A stretch of 64,000 bases of DNA, from assembly GCA_045863395.1 (NCBI GenBank), contig BTVJ01000001.1:256001-320000 (forward strand), in the 5' to 3' direction. The translations under genes and the position numbers were made by a program. Under the pieces are notes generated by a model that worked only from the letters and a program-made list of their open reading frames with translations, had not been told where the DNA came from and ran no database searches. Each line of letters starts with the position of its first letter. Position 1 is the first letter of the stretch. This DNA comes from Myxococcales bacterium (GTDB taxonomy: Bacteria > Myxococcota_A > UBA9042 > JABWCM01 > BTVJ01). Below, piece after piece: positions 8,547 to 17,710 of the stretch.

Positions 8547-9992
8547 ATGCGACCAAGGTGTGGCGCAGCGCTGCTGGCGCTGTTCGTGGCGGCGTGTGAC
8601 GGAGACGTGGGGCCGGCCGGAGCGACGGGCGCAGACGCCGCGGACGCTGCGACCGTCGCCGACGGAGCCTCCCAGGTGGATGGACACGGCGACACCGTGG
8701 GGAGCGACGCCTCGAGCGCGGACGACTCAGCCGGCTCGCCCGAGTCCGACTCGATCTCCGCGCTCGACGCCCGGGTCGGACCCGATGTCCCTGCGGCGGA
8801 CACCGCGGGAACGTCGGACGGCAGTGACACGGGCGCGGACGCCGCCGGTGGCTGCACGACCATCGTGGACCCCGACCAAGGTGGCGCGGCTCTCCAGGCC
8901 GCCCTGATCGCCGCCGCGTCGGGTGACGTGGTGTGCCTCGGCCAGGGCACGTTCGATGTACAATCCGAGCTGTCCCTCACCACGGGCGGCGTCACCATTC
9001 GCGGCTGGGGCATGGATGCGAGCGTCCTGAGCTACACCAATCAGGTCGTTGGCGCCAATGGCCTGAAGATCACCGGAAACAATGTCACACTGGAAGATTT
9101 CGGCCTTGTCGATCCTGCTGGCGATGGCGTCCGGGCGGACGCCGTGAGCGGCCTGACCCTGCGCGGCGTCTCGGTCCGGTGGACCACTCCGGCGTCCGGC
9201 GACAACGGCGGCTATGGCCTCTACCCAGTGCAGTCCCAGGACGTGCTCGTGGAGGGCTGCGTCGTGGTCGGCGCGAGCGACGCCGGCATCTACGTCGGGC
9301 AGAGCACCAATGTCCTGGTTCGCCACAACGAGGCCATGGGGAACGTGGCCGGCATCGAGATCGAGAACACCACCGACGCGGAGGTGGTGGACAACAACGT
9401 CCACGACAACACCGCGGGGATCCTGGTGTTCAACCTCCCGGGCCTCCCGGTGCAGGACGGCAAGCGCGCCAAGGTCCACGACAACCAGGTCACGAACAAC
9501 AACGGCATGAACTTCGCTCAGGAGGGCAACATCGTCGCCATGGTCCCCTCGGGGACCGGCATCATGGTGCTCGCGTCAGACGACAACGAGATCCACGACA
9601 ACCAGATCGCAGGGAATCAGACGGTGGGGGTCCTGATCATCCACTACGCCGACATGCTCTTCGGCGCCCCCACGGACCCGGACTTCGACCCCTACCCCGA
9701 GGGCAACTGGGTACATGGCAACACGCTTGCCGACAACGGCGCGAGTCCGCAGGGGATCGCCGCCGCCCTCCCCATCCCCAAGCCCATGGCCCCCCTGGCC
9801 TGGGACGGCTGCACCGACCCCGCCAAGGGGGACGACGCGGCGCTCAGAAACTGCTTCTCCTCCAATGGGGACGCGGCCTTTGTGGACTTCGACCTGTGCG
9901 GTGGGTTCGCAGACGTCTCGTCGGACGCGACCCCCGTGACCTGCGAGCACTCGACTCTGCCGGCCATCGACCTGCCCGGAGCGGCTCCGTGA
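8547..9992 (+). CDS. parallel beta-helix lipoprotein (TIGR03805-like)
   Basis: Lipobox VAAC; YGLYPVQS, GASDAGIYVGQS, GNVAGIEIEN and NTAGILVFNLPGLP. Confidence 0.88.
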   Translation: MRPRCGAALLALFVAACDGDVGPAGATGADAADAATVADGASQVDGHGDTVGSDASSADDSAGSPESDSISALDARVGPDVPAADTAGTSDGSDTGADAAGGCTTIVDPDQGGAALQAALIAAASGDVVCLGQGTFDVQSELSLTTGGVTIRGWGMDASVLSYTNQVVGANGLKITGNNVTLEDFGLVDPAGDGVRADAVSGLTLRGVSVRWTTPASGDNGGYGLYPVQSQDVLVEGCVVVGASDAGIYVGQSTNVLVRHNEAMGNVAGIEIENTTDAEVVDNNVHDNTAGILVFNLPGLPVQDGKRAKVHDNQVTNNNGMNFAQEGNIVAMVPSGTGIMVLASDDNEIHDNQIAGNQTVGVLIIHYADMLFGAPTDPDFDPYPEGNWVHGNTLADNGASPQGIAAALPIPKPMAPLAWDGCTDPAKGDDAALRNCFSSNGDAAFVDFDLCGGFADVSSDATPVTCEHSTLPAIDLPGAAP

Positions 9993-11176
9993 AGTGGGCG
10001 CTGGCGTTCCTGCTGTCGGCAGCTGGGTGCGCGGCGCGCGCCGGCGACGCGGCGACGGACGCTGGCGCCACCCACGACGCCTCCGCGGCAGCGCCCGGGG
10101 ACGGCGGAGACGTGCCCTCCCTCGTGGCTGACGCCTCGCAGGCCGACTCGCTTGTGGACCCGTCCGGTCCCCAGCGTCTCGGCCCCGCGCTGGGAGGCCC
10201 GTACCCCCTCCTCTCCGACTATCGCCTGTTCACGGGAGACCCGGCCCTTCAGGTCCCCTCGCCCGGCGTCCTCCCCTACGAGGTGGCGGCACCCCTCTGG
10301 TCGGATCACGCCCGCAAGCATCGCTTCCTGGTGCTCCCTCCAGGTGAGGTGGCCGCTCCCACCCCCGACGACACCTGGGCGCTCCCCGTCGGGACCATCC
10401 TGGTCAAGACCTTCGGGTTCGCAGAGTCCCTCGACGACCCCGACTCCCCGGAGCTCCTGGTGGAGACGCGCCTCCTGATCCACGAGGACCGCCCGTCCGG
10501 CCCCACCTGGGGCGCCTACGTGTACCTGTGGACCGAGGACCAGAGCGACGCCGTCCGGCTGGACGGGGGGACCATCGTGAAGGTGTCCTATTCGCGCGAT
10601 GCCCAGGCGCTCGAGACCCCGTATGTGGTGCCCAACACCAACCAGTGCGTCGACTGCCATGCGCTCCACAAGGTAGCCCGCCCCATTGGCATCACGACGA
10701 GGCAGCTCGCGCGGCAGGTGAAGCGGGGCGAACAGGTGGTGGACCAGCTCGCCTGGCTCGCCGCCCAGGGAGCGCTGATGGTGCCGCCGCAGGGCGAGGG
10801 CCTCGCGGACCCCTATGGAGATGGCCCGGTCGAGCCCCGCGCCCGGGCGTGGCTCGACGCCAACTGCGGCCACTGCCACCGTGACGGGGGCTCGGGCGGC
10901 CCCTCGGGGCTGTCGTTGCTGGCATCCGAGTCGGACCCGGCCCGCTACGGCGTGTGCAAGCCCCCCGTCGCAGCGGGCCCCGGGACCGGCGGGAGGCACC
11001 ACGACATCGTCCCCGGAGACCCGGACGCGAGCATCCTGGTCTACCGCATCGCGTCGACGAGCCCGGCCGTCAAGATGCCCGAGATCCCGAACCTGCTCGT
11101 CGACGAGCCGGGGATCTCGCTCATCCGGGACTGGATCTCTGCGATGCCGCCGCAGGACTGCGGACCGACTCCGTGA
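9989..11176 (+). CDS. SO2930-family diheme c-type cytochrome lipoprotein (TIGR03806-like)
   Basis: CVDCH and CGHCH; PLWSDHARKHRF, GTILVKTF, ETRLLI; GTG overlaps upstream stop. Confidence 0.88.
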   Translation: MKWALAFLLSAAGCAARAGDAATDAGATHDASAAAPGDGGDVPSLVADASQADSLVDPSGPQRLGPALGGPYPLLSDYRLFTGDPALQVPSPGVLPYEVAAPLWSDHARKHRFLVLPPGEVAAPTPDDTWALPVGTILVKTFGFAESLDDPDSPELLVETRLLIHEDRPSGPTWGAYVYLWTEDQSDAVRLDGGTIVKVSYSRDAQALETPYVVPNTNQCVDCHALHKVARPIGITTRQLARQVKRGEQVVDQLAWLAAQGALMVPPQGEGLADPYGDGPVEPRARAWLDANCGHCHRDGGSGGPSGLSLLASESDPARYGVCKPPVAAGPGTGGRHHDIVPGDPDASILVYRIASTSPAVKMPEIPNLLVDEPGISLIRDWISAMPPQDCGPTP

Positions 11177-11205
11177 CGGCCCCCTTGACTCCGGAGGACA
11201 GCACC

Positions 11206-12186
11206 GTGAACGCCCTGGTGTCCCGCAGCGCCTCGACCCCCCTCGAGTGGGTTGAGCTCCCAGATCGCCCCCTGAGGCCCGACGAGGTGCGCGTCACCGT
11301 CGCCGCCGCGGGTGTCAACCCCGTGGACTGGAAGATGCGCGGCTTCGACCTGCTCGGGCTCGCGCACGCCGTCGTCGGCCCCTCTGGTCCGTTCGTCCCC
11401 GGCATCGACTTCGCGGGCCACGTCGTGGAAGTGGGCGCGGCCGTCACGGAGCTCGGGCTCGGCGACCCGGTCGTGGGGGCGACGGACTTCTCCCGGCGCC
11501 AGCGGGGGAGCTACGCGCGGACCGTGCAGGTGCGAGCGGATCAGGTGGCCGCGCTGCCGCCGGGGGTCCCCCTGGACGAGGCAGCCTGCCTCCCCGTCGC
11601 CGGGGTCACCGCATGGGCGGCCTTGTTCGATCGAGGCACCCTCGCGCAACGGGCAGAGCCGCGGGTCCTCGTGCTCGGGGCATCGGGGGGCGTAGGCCAC
11701 CTCGCCGTGCAGCTCGCGCGGGACGCGGGGGCGGCGGTCGTCGGGGTCTGCTCCGCCCGCAACGCGGCGCTGGTCCGCGGTCTCGGCGCCGTGCACGTCG
11801 ACTATGGCGCGGGCGACCCCCTGGAGGCCGCCGCGCCCCACGGGCCGTTCGATGTGGTCGTCGACGCGGTGGGGTCCCGGAGCTACCCCATCCGGCGCTG
11901 CCTTGCGGTCCTACGGGACGACGGCGCCCACGTCCTCATCATGCCGCGTCCCGCCGACTACGCGCGCCTCGCCACCTCCCGCCGCGTGAGCACCGTTCTC
12001 GGGCGGGCGACTGGCGCCAACCTGGCGCCCCTCGTCGAGCGCCTCGCCACGGGGCGCCTCCGCGTCGCCATCGCCGAGCGCGTCCCCTTCGACGAGGCGG
12101 AGCGCGCACACCAGCTCTCCCGCGAAGGTCGGGTCGTGGGCAAGCTGGTTCTCGTGGCGCCCGAGCTGATGGCCCCCACCCGCTGA
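11206..12186 (+). CDS. MDR-family NAD(P)-dependent oxidoreductase (quinone reductase-like)
   Basis: GVNPVDWK, PGIDFAG, GASGGVG and GKLVL motifs; GGAGGA SD before GTG. Confidence 0.9.
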   Translation: MNALVSRSASTPLEWVELPDRPLRPDEVRVTVAAAGVNPVDWKMRGFDLLGLAHAVVGPSGPFVPGIDFAGHVVEVGAAVTELGLGDPVVGATDFSRRQRGSYARTVQVRADQVAALPPGVPLDEAACLPVAGVTAWAALFDRGTLAQRAEPRVLVLGASGGVGHLAVQLARDAGAAVVGVCSARNAALVRGLGAVHVDYGAGDPLEAAAPHGPFDVVVDAVGSRSYPIRRCLAVLRDDGAHVLIMPRPADYARLATSRRVSTVLGRATGANLAPLVERLATGRLRVAIAERVPFDEAERAHQLSREGRVVGKLVLVAPELMAPTR

Positions 12187-12265
12187 CGGACCACGGCGAA
12201 TCCTCGCCAGCGGGTGCCTCGCGCCCGCCCCCTCTCTTTGTCTCACAACGACACCACGATTTGTA

Positions 12266-12320
12266 TCACGTTGTACTTGACGCACGGCACAATCAAGCGC
12301 ATCTTCGTGTCACATTGTGA
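12266..12320 (+). promoter_or_regulatory. putative promoter (TTGACG-N17-CATCTT) with TCACRTTGT operator-like sites
   Basis: TCACGTTGT 12266-12274 and palindromic TCACATTGTGA 12310-12320 flank the promoter. Confidence 0.45.
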
Positions 12321-12336
12321 TCCAAATGGAGGTCGG

Positions 12337-12768
12337 ATGGCTGAGGAAAACGACAGAAAGGAGAGGGTCCTCCACACGAGGGTCCCGGAGCACCTGGACG
12401 AGGAGATCCGACGCCGGGCCAATCGCCTGGGGGTCTCCGTGTCTAACCTCGTCAGGAACGCGCTGGCCCACACCTTCGGGCTGGTCGAGGACGTGATCGC
12501 AGACAGCGCCAGCGTTGCTCGCTCCGCGCGGGGCGAAGGTCCGCCACCGCGCGTCGCCCCCAAGCCCGCGGCCATCCTCGGGTGGCAGGCGCTCGTGCTG
12601 AACCTGAACGCCATCTGCGCCCACTGCAACGTGATCCTGCCCAGGGGGACGGAGGCGGCGCTCGTCGTCACGGACCCGCCCGGCTCGCGCGAGTTCATCT
12701 GCACCCACTGCCTGAAGGAGCTTCGCCATGACGGTTCAACCGGCCCAAGTGACGCCTCAGATGCCTGA
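12337..12768 (+). CDS. ribbon-helix-helix domain protein with C-terminal zinc finger
   Basis: VLHTRVPEHLDEEIRRRANRLGVSVSNLVR (RHH-like); CAHC...CTHC. Confidence 0.75.
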   Translation: MAEENDRKERVLHTRVPEHLDEEIRRRANRLGVSVSNLVRNALAHTFGLVEDVIADSASVARSARGEGPPPRVAPKPAAILGWQALVLNLNAICAHCNVILPRGTEAALVVTDPPGSREFICTHCLKELRHDGSTGPSDASDA

Positions 12769-14275
12769 CCTCCTCGCCCTGGCCCCCCAAGGCATGTTGG
12801 GCCGCGCCCTGCGGGCCGTGGACTCGTCACTCGCCCTGGTGGGCACGGTCCTCGGGCGCACCGAGAGGCTTGTCCGGGACGTGCGCCGGGACTCACGGGC
12901 CGTCGCCGACGAGTCCGTCGCGCTCTACGCCGCGGCAGCGCGGGTGGCCGGGTCCGTGGGGGAGGCGGTCCGCGCGACGCCGCGCTTCACGCGCATCGTG
13001 ACCGCGGGCCTGCGGGTCCTGGCCGGCTACCGCATCCACCAGGCGCGGGCGGAGCACCTGGACCCGGCGGAGGCGCGGGCCGCTCTCGACGCGCTCCACG
13101 CGGCAAGCGCGCAGCGGCTCCACGACCTGTGCGTGGACCTGGGCGGCGGCGTGCTCAAGCTAGGGCAGTTCCTGTCGTGCCGCGTCGACCTGCTGCCCCC
13201 CGCCTACGTGCAGACCCTCGGGGCGCTGTGCGACCGGGTCCCCGCGGAGCCGACCGACACGGTGCTCGCGCTGCTGGAGGAGGAGCTCGGCCGCCCCATC
13301 GCGGAGGTGTTCCCGGTCTTCGACCCCACCCCCATCGCCGCCGCCTCCCTTGCCCAGGTTCACCGGGCGGAGCTGGCGGACGGCACGCGGGTCGCTGTCA
13401 AGGTCCAGCGGCCCGGAATCGGGGCGGTCGTCGAAGTCGACGTGGCCGCGTTGCGCGTCCTGGCGACGGTCCTCGACGACATGGTGCCCATGGCGGACCT
13501 GGGCACCGTCGCCAGCCAGGTGGGCGCCTCCCTGGAAGACGAGCTGGACTTCGCGGCCGAGGCCCGCCACCTGGAGGCGTTCGGCGAGCTGCTCGCCAAG
13601 AGCGAGCGCGTCTGCGTACCGCGGGTCCACCCGGAGGCAAGCTCGGCGCGGGTCCTGACCATGGACCTGGTCGAGGGCGAGCGGCTGCTGGATTTTCTGG
13701 AGGGCTGCACCGCTCGCGAAGGCGGCGCGGGCGACCGAGATCGCCTGCTCTCAACGCTCGTCGACTGCTTCACGGCGCAGATCCTCGTCCACGAGCGCCT
13801 CCACAGCGACCCCCACCCCGGGAACTTCCTCGTGGCGCCTGACCAGCGCCTGGTGCTGCTGGACTTCGGCTCGGTGCGCACCTTCGAGCCTGGCACCGGG
13901 CGCGCCTACTCCGAGCTGGTCGGCGCCGTCCTGGGCGGCCAGTCGGCCAAGGCGGGGGAACTCCTCGGGCGCATGGGGTTCCGCACCCGCGACGAGGACC
14001 CGGCGACCCTCACGCGCTTTGCAGAGATGCTCCTCGCGGCCTTCCGGGAGAGCGCGTCCCTCGCCTCTCTGGATCCGGCGGCCCAGGTCGCTGAGGCCCT
14101 CGCCCTGGCCCGCGACAACCCCATCGTGTCGGTCCCACCGGACTTCGTGATGATCGGCCGGGTCTTGGCGACGCTGGCGGGCCTGCTCGTGCACTACCGC
14201 CCGGACATCGACCTGTTCCGCATCGTCGCTCCTCACCTCGCTGCGTCCCTGGCCCGCCGCCCCCTCGCCGCCTGA
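12728..14275 (+). CDS. ABC1/UbiB/AarF-family atypical kinase
   Basis: LKLGQFLS, AASLAQVH, VAVKVQRP, HSDPHPGN and LLDFG. Confidence 0.93.
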   Translation: MTVQPAQVTPQMPDLLALAPQGMLGRALRAVDSSLALVGTVLGRTERLVRDVRRDSRAVADESVALYAAAARVAGSVGEAVRATPRFTRIVTAGLRVLAGYRIHQARAEHLDPAEARAALDALHAASAQRLHDLCVDLGGGVLKLGQFLSCRVDLLPPAYVQTLGALCDRVPAEPTDTVLALLEEELGRPIAEVFPVFDPTPIAAASLAQVHRAELADGTRVAVKVQRPGIGAVVEVDVAALRVLATVLDDMVPMADLGTVASQVGASLEDELDFAAEARHLEAFGELLAKSERVCVPRVHPEASSARVLTMDLVEGERLLDFLEGCTAREGGAGDRDRLLSTLVDCFTAQILVHERLHSDPHPGNFLVAPDQRLVLLDFGSVRTFEPGTGRAYSELVGAVLGGQSAKAGELLGRMGFRTRDEDPATLTRFAEMLLAAFRESASLASLDPAAQVAEALALARDNPIVSVPPDFVMIGRVLATLAGLLVHYRPDIDLFRIVAPHLAASLARRPLAA

Positions 14276-14391
14276 TCGCCAGGTCCGCGCCCACGGCTCC
14301 GGACGACGCCAATTGGAAAGCCCCACGGTTCGCCGCTACACTGCACGGTTGGTGGAGCCGCCGCTCCCACGAACCTGCGGAGTGGACCCGC

Positions 14392-15069
14392 ATGAGTCAC
14401 CGAGCAATCGGTCCTCTGATCCTGATCGCGCTCGTCGGCCTGCCTGCCTCTGCCATCGGTGGCACTGGAGCCCCCTGCGGCGACCTGGACTACCAGGGGC
14501 GGTGCAAGGACGGCCTCGTCCAATGGTGCGAGGACGACGAGCTGCACGAGACGGACTGCTCCCAGCTTGGCCGCGCCTGTGGGTGGGACGAGGCTCGCGG
14601 CTTCTTCCAGTGCGTTCCCCCACCGGGCCCCGAGGGGACCTGCCCTGACGACCTGGACTGGAGCGGTCGCTGCGAGGAGGACGACCGGGTCGTCTGGTGC
14701 CAGGACGGTGCGGTCCAGGCGCTGGAGTGCGCCGCCGGTTCCCGCTGCGGCTGGAACCCGGAGGGCTTCTACGACTGCGTGGCGAACGACGGTCAAGGGA
14801 GCTACGGCGGCGACCAGGCCGCCGGAGCGGCCCCGAGCGAGGAGCCGAGCGACCCTGCCAAGCCGGCCCCAAAGGGCCCCGGCCCCGCGACCGACAAGAC
14901 GCCGACAGAGAAGGACGACCTCGACCTCACCGCTGACACCACCCCCGACAGCGCCCCGGAGCAGACAATCACCCAACCGGGCTACGGCTGCTCGTCCACG
15001 GCAGCCCCGACAGGAGCCCTCGGGGTCCTCGTCCTGGCGCTGGCCGCGCGCCGTCGCCGTCCTACTTGA
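14392..15069 (+). CDS. secreted Cys-rich protein with MYXO-CTERM tail
   Basis: Signal peptide, two C..LD..GRC..WC..C..CGW..C modules, tail GYGCSS..LVLALAARRRR. Confidence 0.8.
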   Translation: MSHRAIGPLILIALVGLPASAIGGTGAPCGDLDYQGRCKDGLVQWCEDDELHETDCSQLGRACGWDEARGFFQCVPPPGPEGTCPDDLDWSGRCEEDDRVVWCQDGAVQALECAAGSRCGWNPEGFYDCVANDGQGSYGGDQAAGAAPSEEPSDPAKPAPKGPGPATDKTPTEKDDLDLTADTTPDSAPEQTITQPGYGCSSTAAPTGALGVLVLALAARRRRPT

Positions 15070-17710
15070 GCGCCTTCGGGTTTGGTGCAAATCGCAGGAT
15101 GGTGCCGATGTCGCCGACCACGGTGATGTCGTCCAGGGTCGAGCCGTGGATGTCGAAGAGGGTGGCCACGGAGCCGCTCGCCATGGGCTGCCACTGCTGG
15201 CCGTCCCACCGCACGATGGTGCCGCCGATGCCCACCGCGAAGGCCAGCGCGTCGGTGACGGCGTAGACGCTCCGCAGTGAGGCCGGGTACTGGTTGGCGC
15301 CCCGCTCCCAGACTTCGCCGTCCCACTCCACGATGGTGCCGTTCTCGCCCACGGCGAACATCAGGTCCGTTGAGCGCGCCCAGCAGCCGTGGAGCTGGTC
15401 CGAGACCGGGCCCGTGCTGCCGTCGGCGTACACGATGGGCTTGATGGGCTGAAACGCCCAGTTCTTGCCGTCCCATCGGAAGATCACCGCGCCGGCGCCG
15501 ACCACCAGAACGTTGTCGGGCCCCGAGCCGCAGACGCCGCGCAGCGTGACGGGCGCGCCCTGGGTCGCCACGGACATCCAGGACTTGCCGTTCCAGCGGA
15601 TGATGAAGCCATCCCCCGCCGCGTAGACCTCCGAGGGGCCCGTGCCCCACACGGCATAGAGGGGCGCCTCGCCGAAGGGGCTCTCCACCTGCTTGTACTC
15701 GTCGCCGTCCCAGTGGACCATCACGCCCTTGTCGCCCACCACCCACACGTCGTCGGGTGCCCCGGCGTAGACGCCGAAGTAGTCGGCCGACAGGGGGTTG
15801 GACGCGTCCTTCCACGCGGCCCCATCCCAGCGGCGGATGGCGCCGTTCTTGCCGACCGCCCAGGCGTCCTGCGCGGAGCGCACGGAGAGCGCGAGCAGGG
15901 CCTGGCTGGTGCCCGTCGCCACCGGCGTCCAGGCGTTGCCGCTCCGGTGGAGCGCCACGCCGTCGTCGCCCACGGCGATGGCCGTCTGTCCGTCCGTCCA
16001 GACGGCGCGCAGGTTCGAGGGCGTGCCCGACACCTCCGGGACGAAGCCGCCGCCGACCAGGTGGAGGATGGTGCCGCCGTCGCCTACCGCGTAGACGTCG
16101 CCCGAGGACGCGCCCCAGATACCGCGCAGGGAGTTCGCCGTGGGCGAGGACAGGCTCGTCCAACCGTCGCCCGCGTCGAGGAGGATCACTCCGCCCGCGC
16201 CCACCGCCCATCGGAAGGCGCTCCCGCCGGACCACACCGCATGGATGGCACCCGTCGGAGGGGTCTGCGCCTCGGTGAAGGAGCCGCCGACGGTCTGAAG
16301 CACGAGCCCGCTCTCGCACCCGGCCAGCAGCTCGCCGTCTGCCCCGCCCAGAGCGCGGATGGGCCACGGGGTCTGCGAGCCCAGGGTCACGGGTGCCCAG
16401 GCCGATCCGCTGTAGTGGGCGAGCGCCCCATTGACTCCCACGGCCCATAGGTCCTTCGGGCCCGAGCCCCACACGTCGAACAGGGTCCCGAAGGTCGGCG
16501 CGTCCGTTGGCGCCGCAGTGCAGTGGGTGACGATGACCAGGTCGTCCACGTAGACGCCCTCGCCCTCGTTCCCGAAGCTGTCCACGGAGTCGAACACGAG
16601 CTGGAGCGCGATGGACTGGCCCGAGAACTTGGAGATGTCCACCGTCACGGGCAGGAACGCCTTGGGGGCGTCCTTCTTGGCCCACACCTGCGTCACGTTG
16701 GCCCCGTGGAGCACGTTGAGGGCGACCCGGTCGAAGGATTCGCCGGCCTCCGTGTCCACATAGATCTGGAAGGACGCCACGACCTGGCCAGCGACGGGGA
16801 GCTGGATGGCGGGGCTCGTCGCGCTGGCCCCGACCACCTTGCCGTTGTTGAAGGATGGGCACGTTCCCCCACCGCCCACACAGGGCGCCGACGGATCACC
16901 GAAGTAGAGGGCCGACGGCGGGCTCGTGTAGCGCGGCTTTCCGTCCGCCCCGATCGTGGACACCACGGACCAGACGATGCCCCCCTTGTCCGGCACGTCG
17001 GCATACAGGTCCTGGACCTGCCAGCCGCCGAGGCCCGCGTCGAAGGTGGCGGACCAGGCCTCGCCACCGCAACAGCCCGGCAGGCCAGCGGGCGGGTGGC
17101 TGCACAGGCCGGTCTCCGCGCAGACGTCCACTGTGCATGGGTCGCCATCCTGACAGTCGGCGTCGGTCAGGCAGCCGGAGGGGGCGGTCCAGCTCATGCC
17201 ATTCCAGTGGGCGATGGCGCCGGCGAAGCCCACGGCCCACGCGTCGCTGGGGCTCGTCCCCCAGATGCCGTTGAAGTTGGGCCACTCCCCCTCGGAGAGG
17301 ATCGACCACTTGGTGGTGTCTCCTCGCACCAGGATCCCGTCGACCCCCGCCAGGAGCACCGTCTCCGCGCCACCCACCCACACCCCCTTGAAGACGTGCT
17401 CCTTCTTGATGTTGGGCGGGAGGATCTGCTCCCAGGTGCCGATGGGCCCGACGTCGTCGGGTGGGGCCGCCACGTCGTCCGCGACATCCGCGTCTGCCGA
17501 GAGGTCCTCCGTGTCGCTCGCGTCCTCGGGCGCCGGAGCGTCGTCCAGCGGCGGCGCGTCCTCGACGGCGTCCGCGTCCGCACCGCCCCCGGCGTCCTCC
17601 GCGGCGTCCTCGCCTCCATCGACGTGCGCGTCCACCACCTCCGGAGCGGGCCCCTCGCTCGTGCATGACACGACCAGCGCCAACAAGACCGGGAGAGACC
17701 AGCGTGTCAT
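15062..17710 (-). CDS. beta-propeller (BNR/YVTN-like) repeat lipoprotein with inserted jelly-roll domain
   Basis: Lipobox VVSC; many VWG....WAVG..G.I..WDG..W repeats. Confidence 0.85.
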   Translation of the reverse strand: MTRWSLPVLLALVVSCTSEGPAPEVVDAHVDGGEDAAEDAGGGADADAVEDAPPLDDAPAPEDASDTEDLSADADVADDVAAPPDDVGPIGTWEQILPPNIKKEHVFKGVWVGGAETVLLAGVDGILVRGDTTKWSILSEGEWPNFNGIWGTSPSDAWAVGFAGAIAHWNGMSWTAPSGCLTDADCQDGDPCTVDVCAETGLCSHPPAGLPGCCGGEAWSATFDAGLGGWQVQDLYADVPDKGGIVWSVVSTIGADGKPRYTSPPSALYFGDPSAPCVGGGGTCPSFNNGKVVGASATSPAIQLPVAGQVVASFQIYVDTEAGESFDRVALNVLHGANVTQVWAKKDAPKAFLPVTVDISKFSGQSIALQLVFDSVDSFGNEGEGVYVDDLVIVTHCTAAPTDAPTFGTLFDVWGSGPKDLWAVGVNGALAHYSGSAWAPVTLGSQTPWPIRALGGADGELLAGCESGLVLQTVGGSFTEAQTPPTGAIHAVWSGGSAFRWAVGAGGVILLDAGDGWTSLSSPTANSLRGIWGASSGDVYAVGDGGTILHLVGGGFVPEVSGTPSNLRAVWTDGQTAIAVGDDGVALHRSGNAWTPVATGTSQALLALSVRSAQDAWAVGKNGAIRRWDGAAWKDASNPLSADYFGVYAGAPDDVWVVGDKGVMVHWDGDEYKQVESPFGEAPLYAVWGTGPSEVYAAGDGFIIRWNGKSWMSVATQGAPVTLRGVCGSGPDNVLVVGAGAVIFRWDGKNWAFQPIKPIVYADGSTGPVSDQLHGCWARSTDLMFAVGENGTIVEWDGEVWERGANQYPASLRSVYAVTDALAFAVGIGGTIVRWDGQQWQPMASGSVATLFDIHGSTLDDITVVGDIGTILRFAPNPKALK

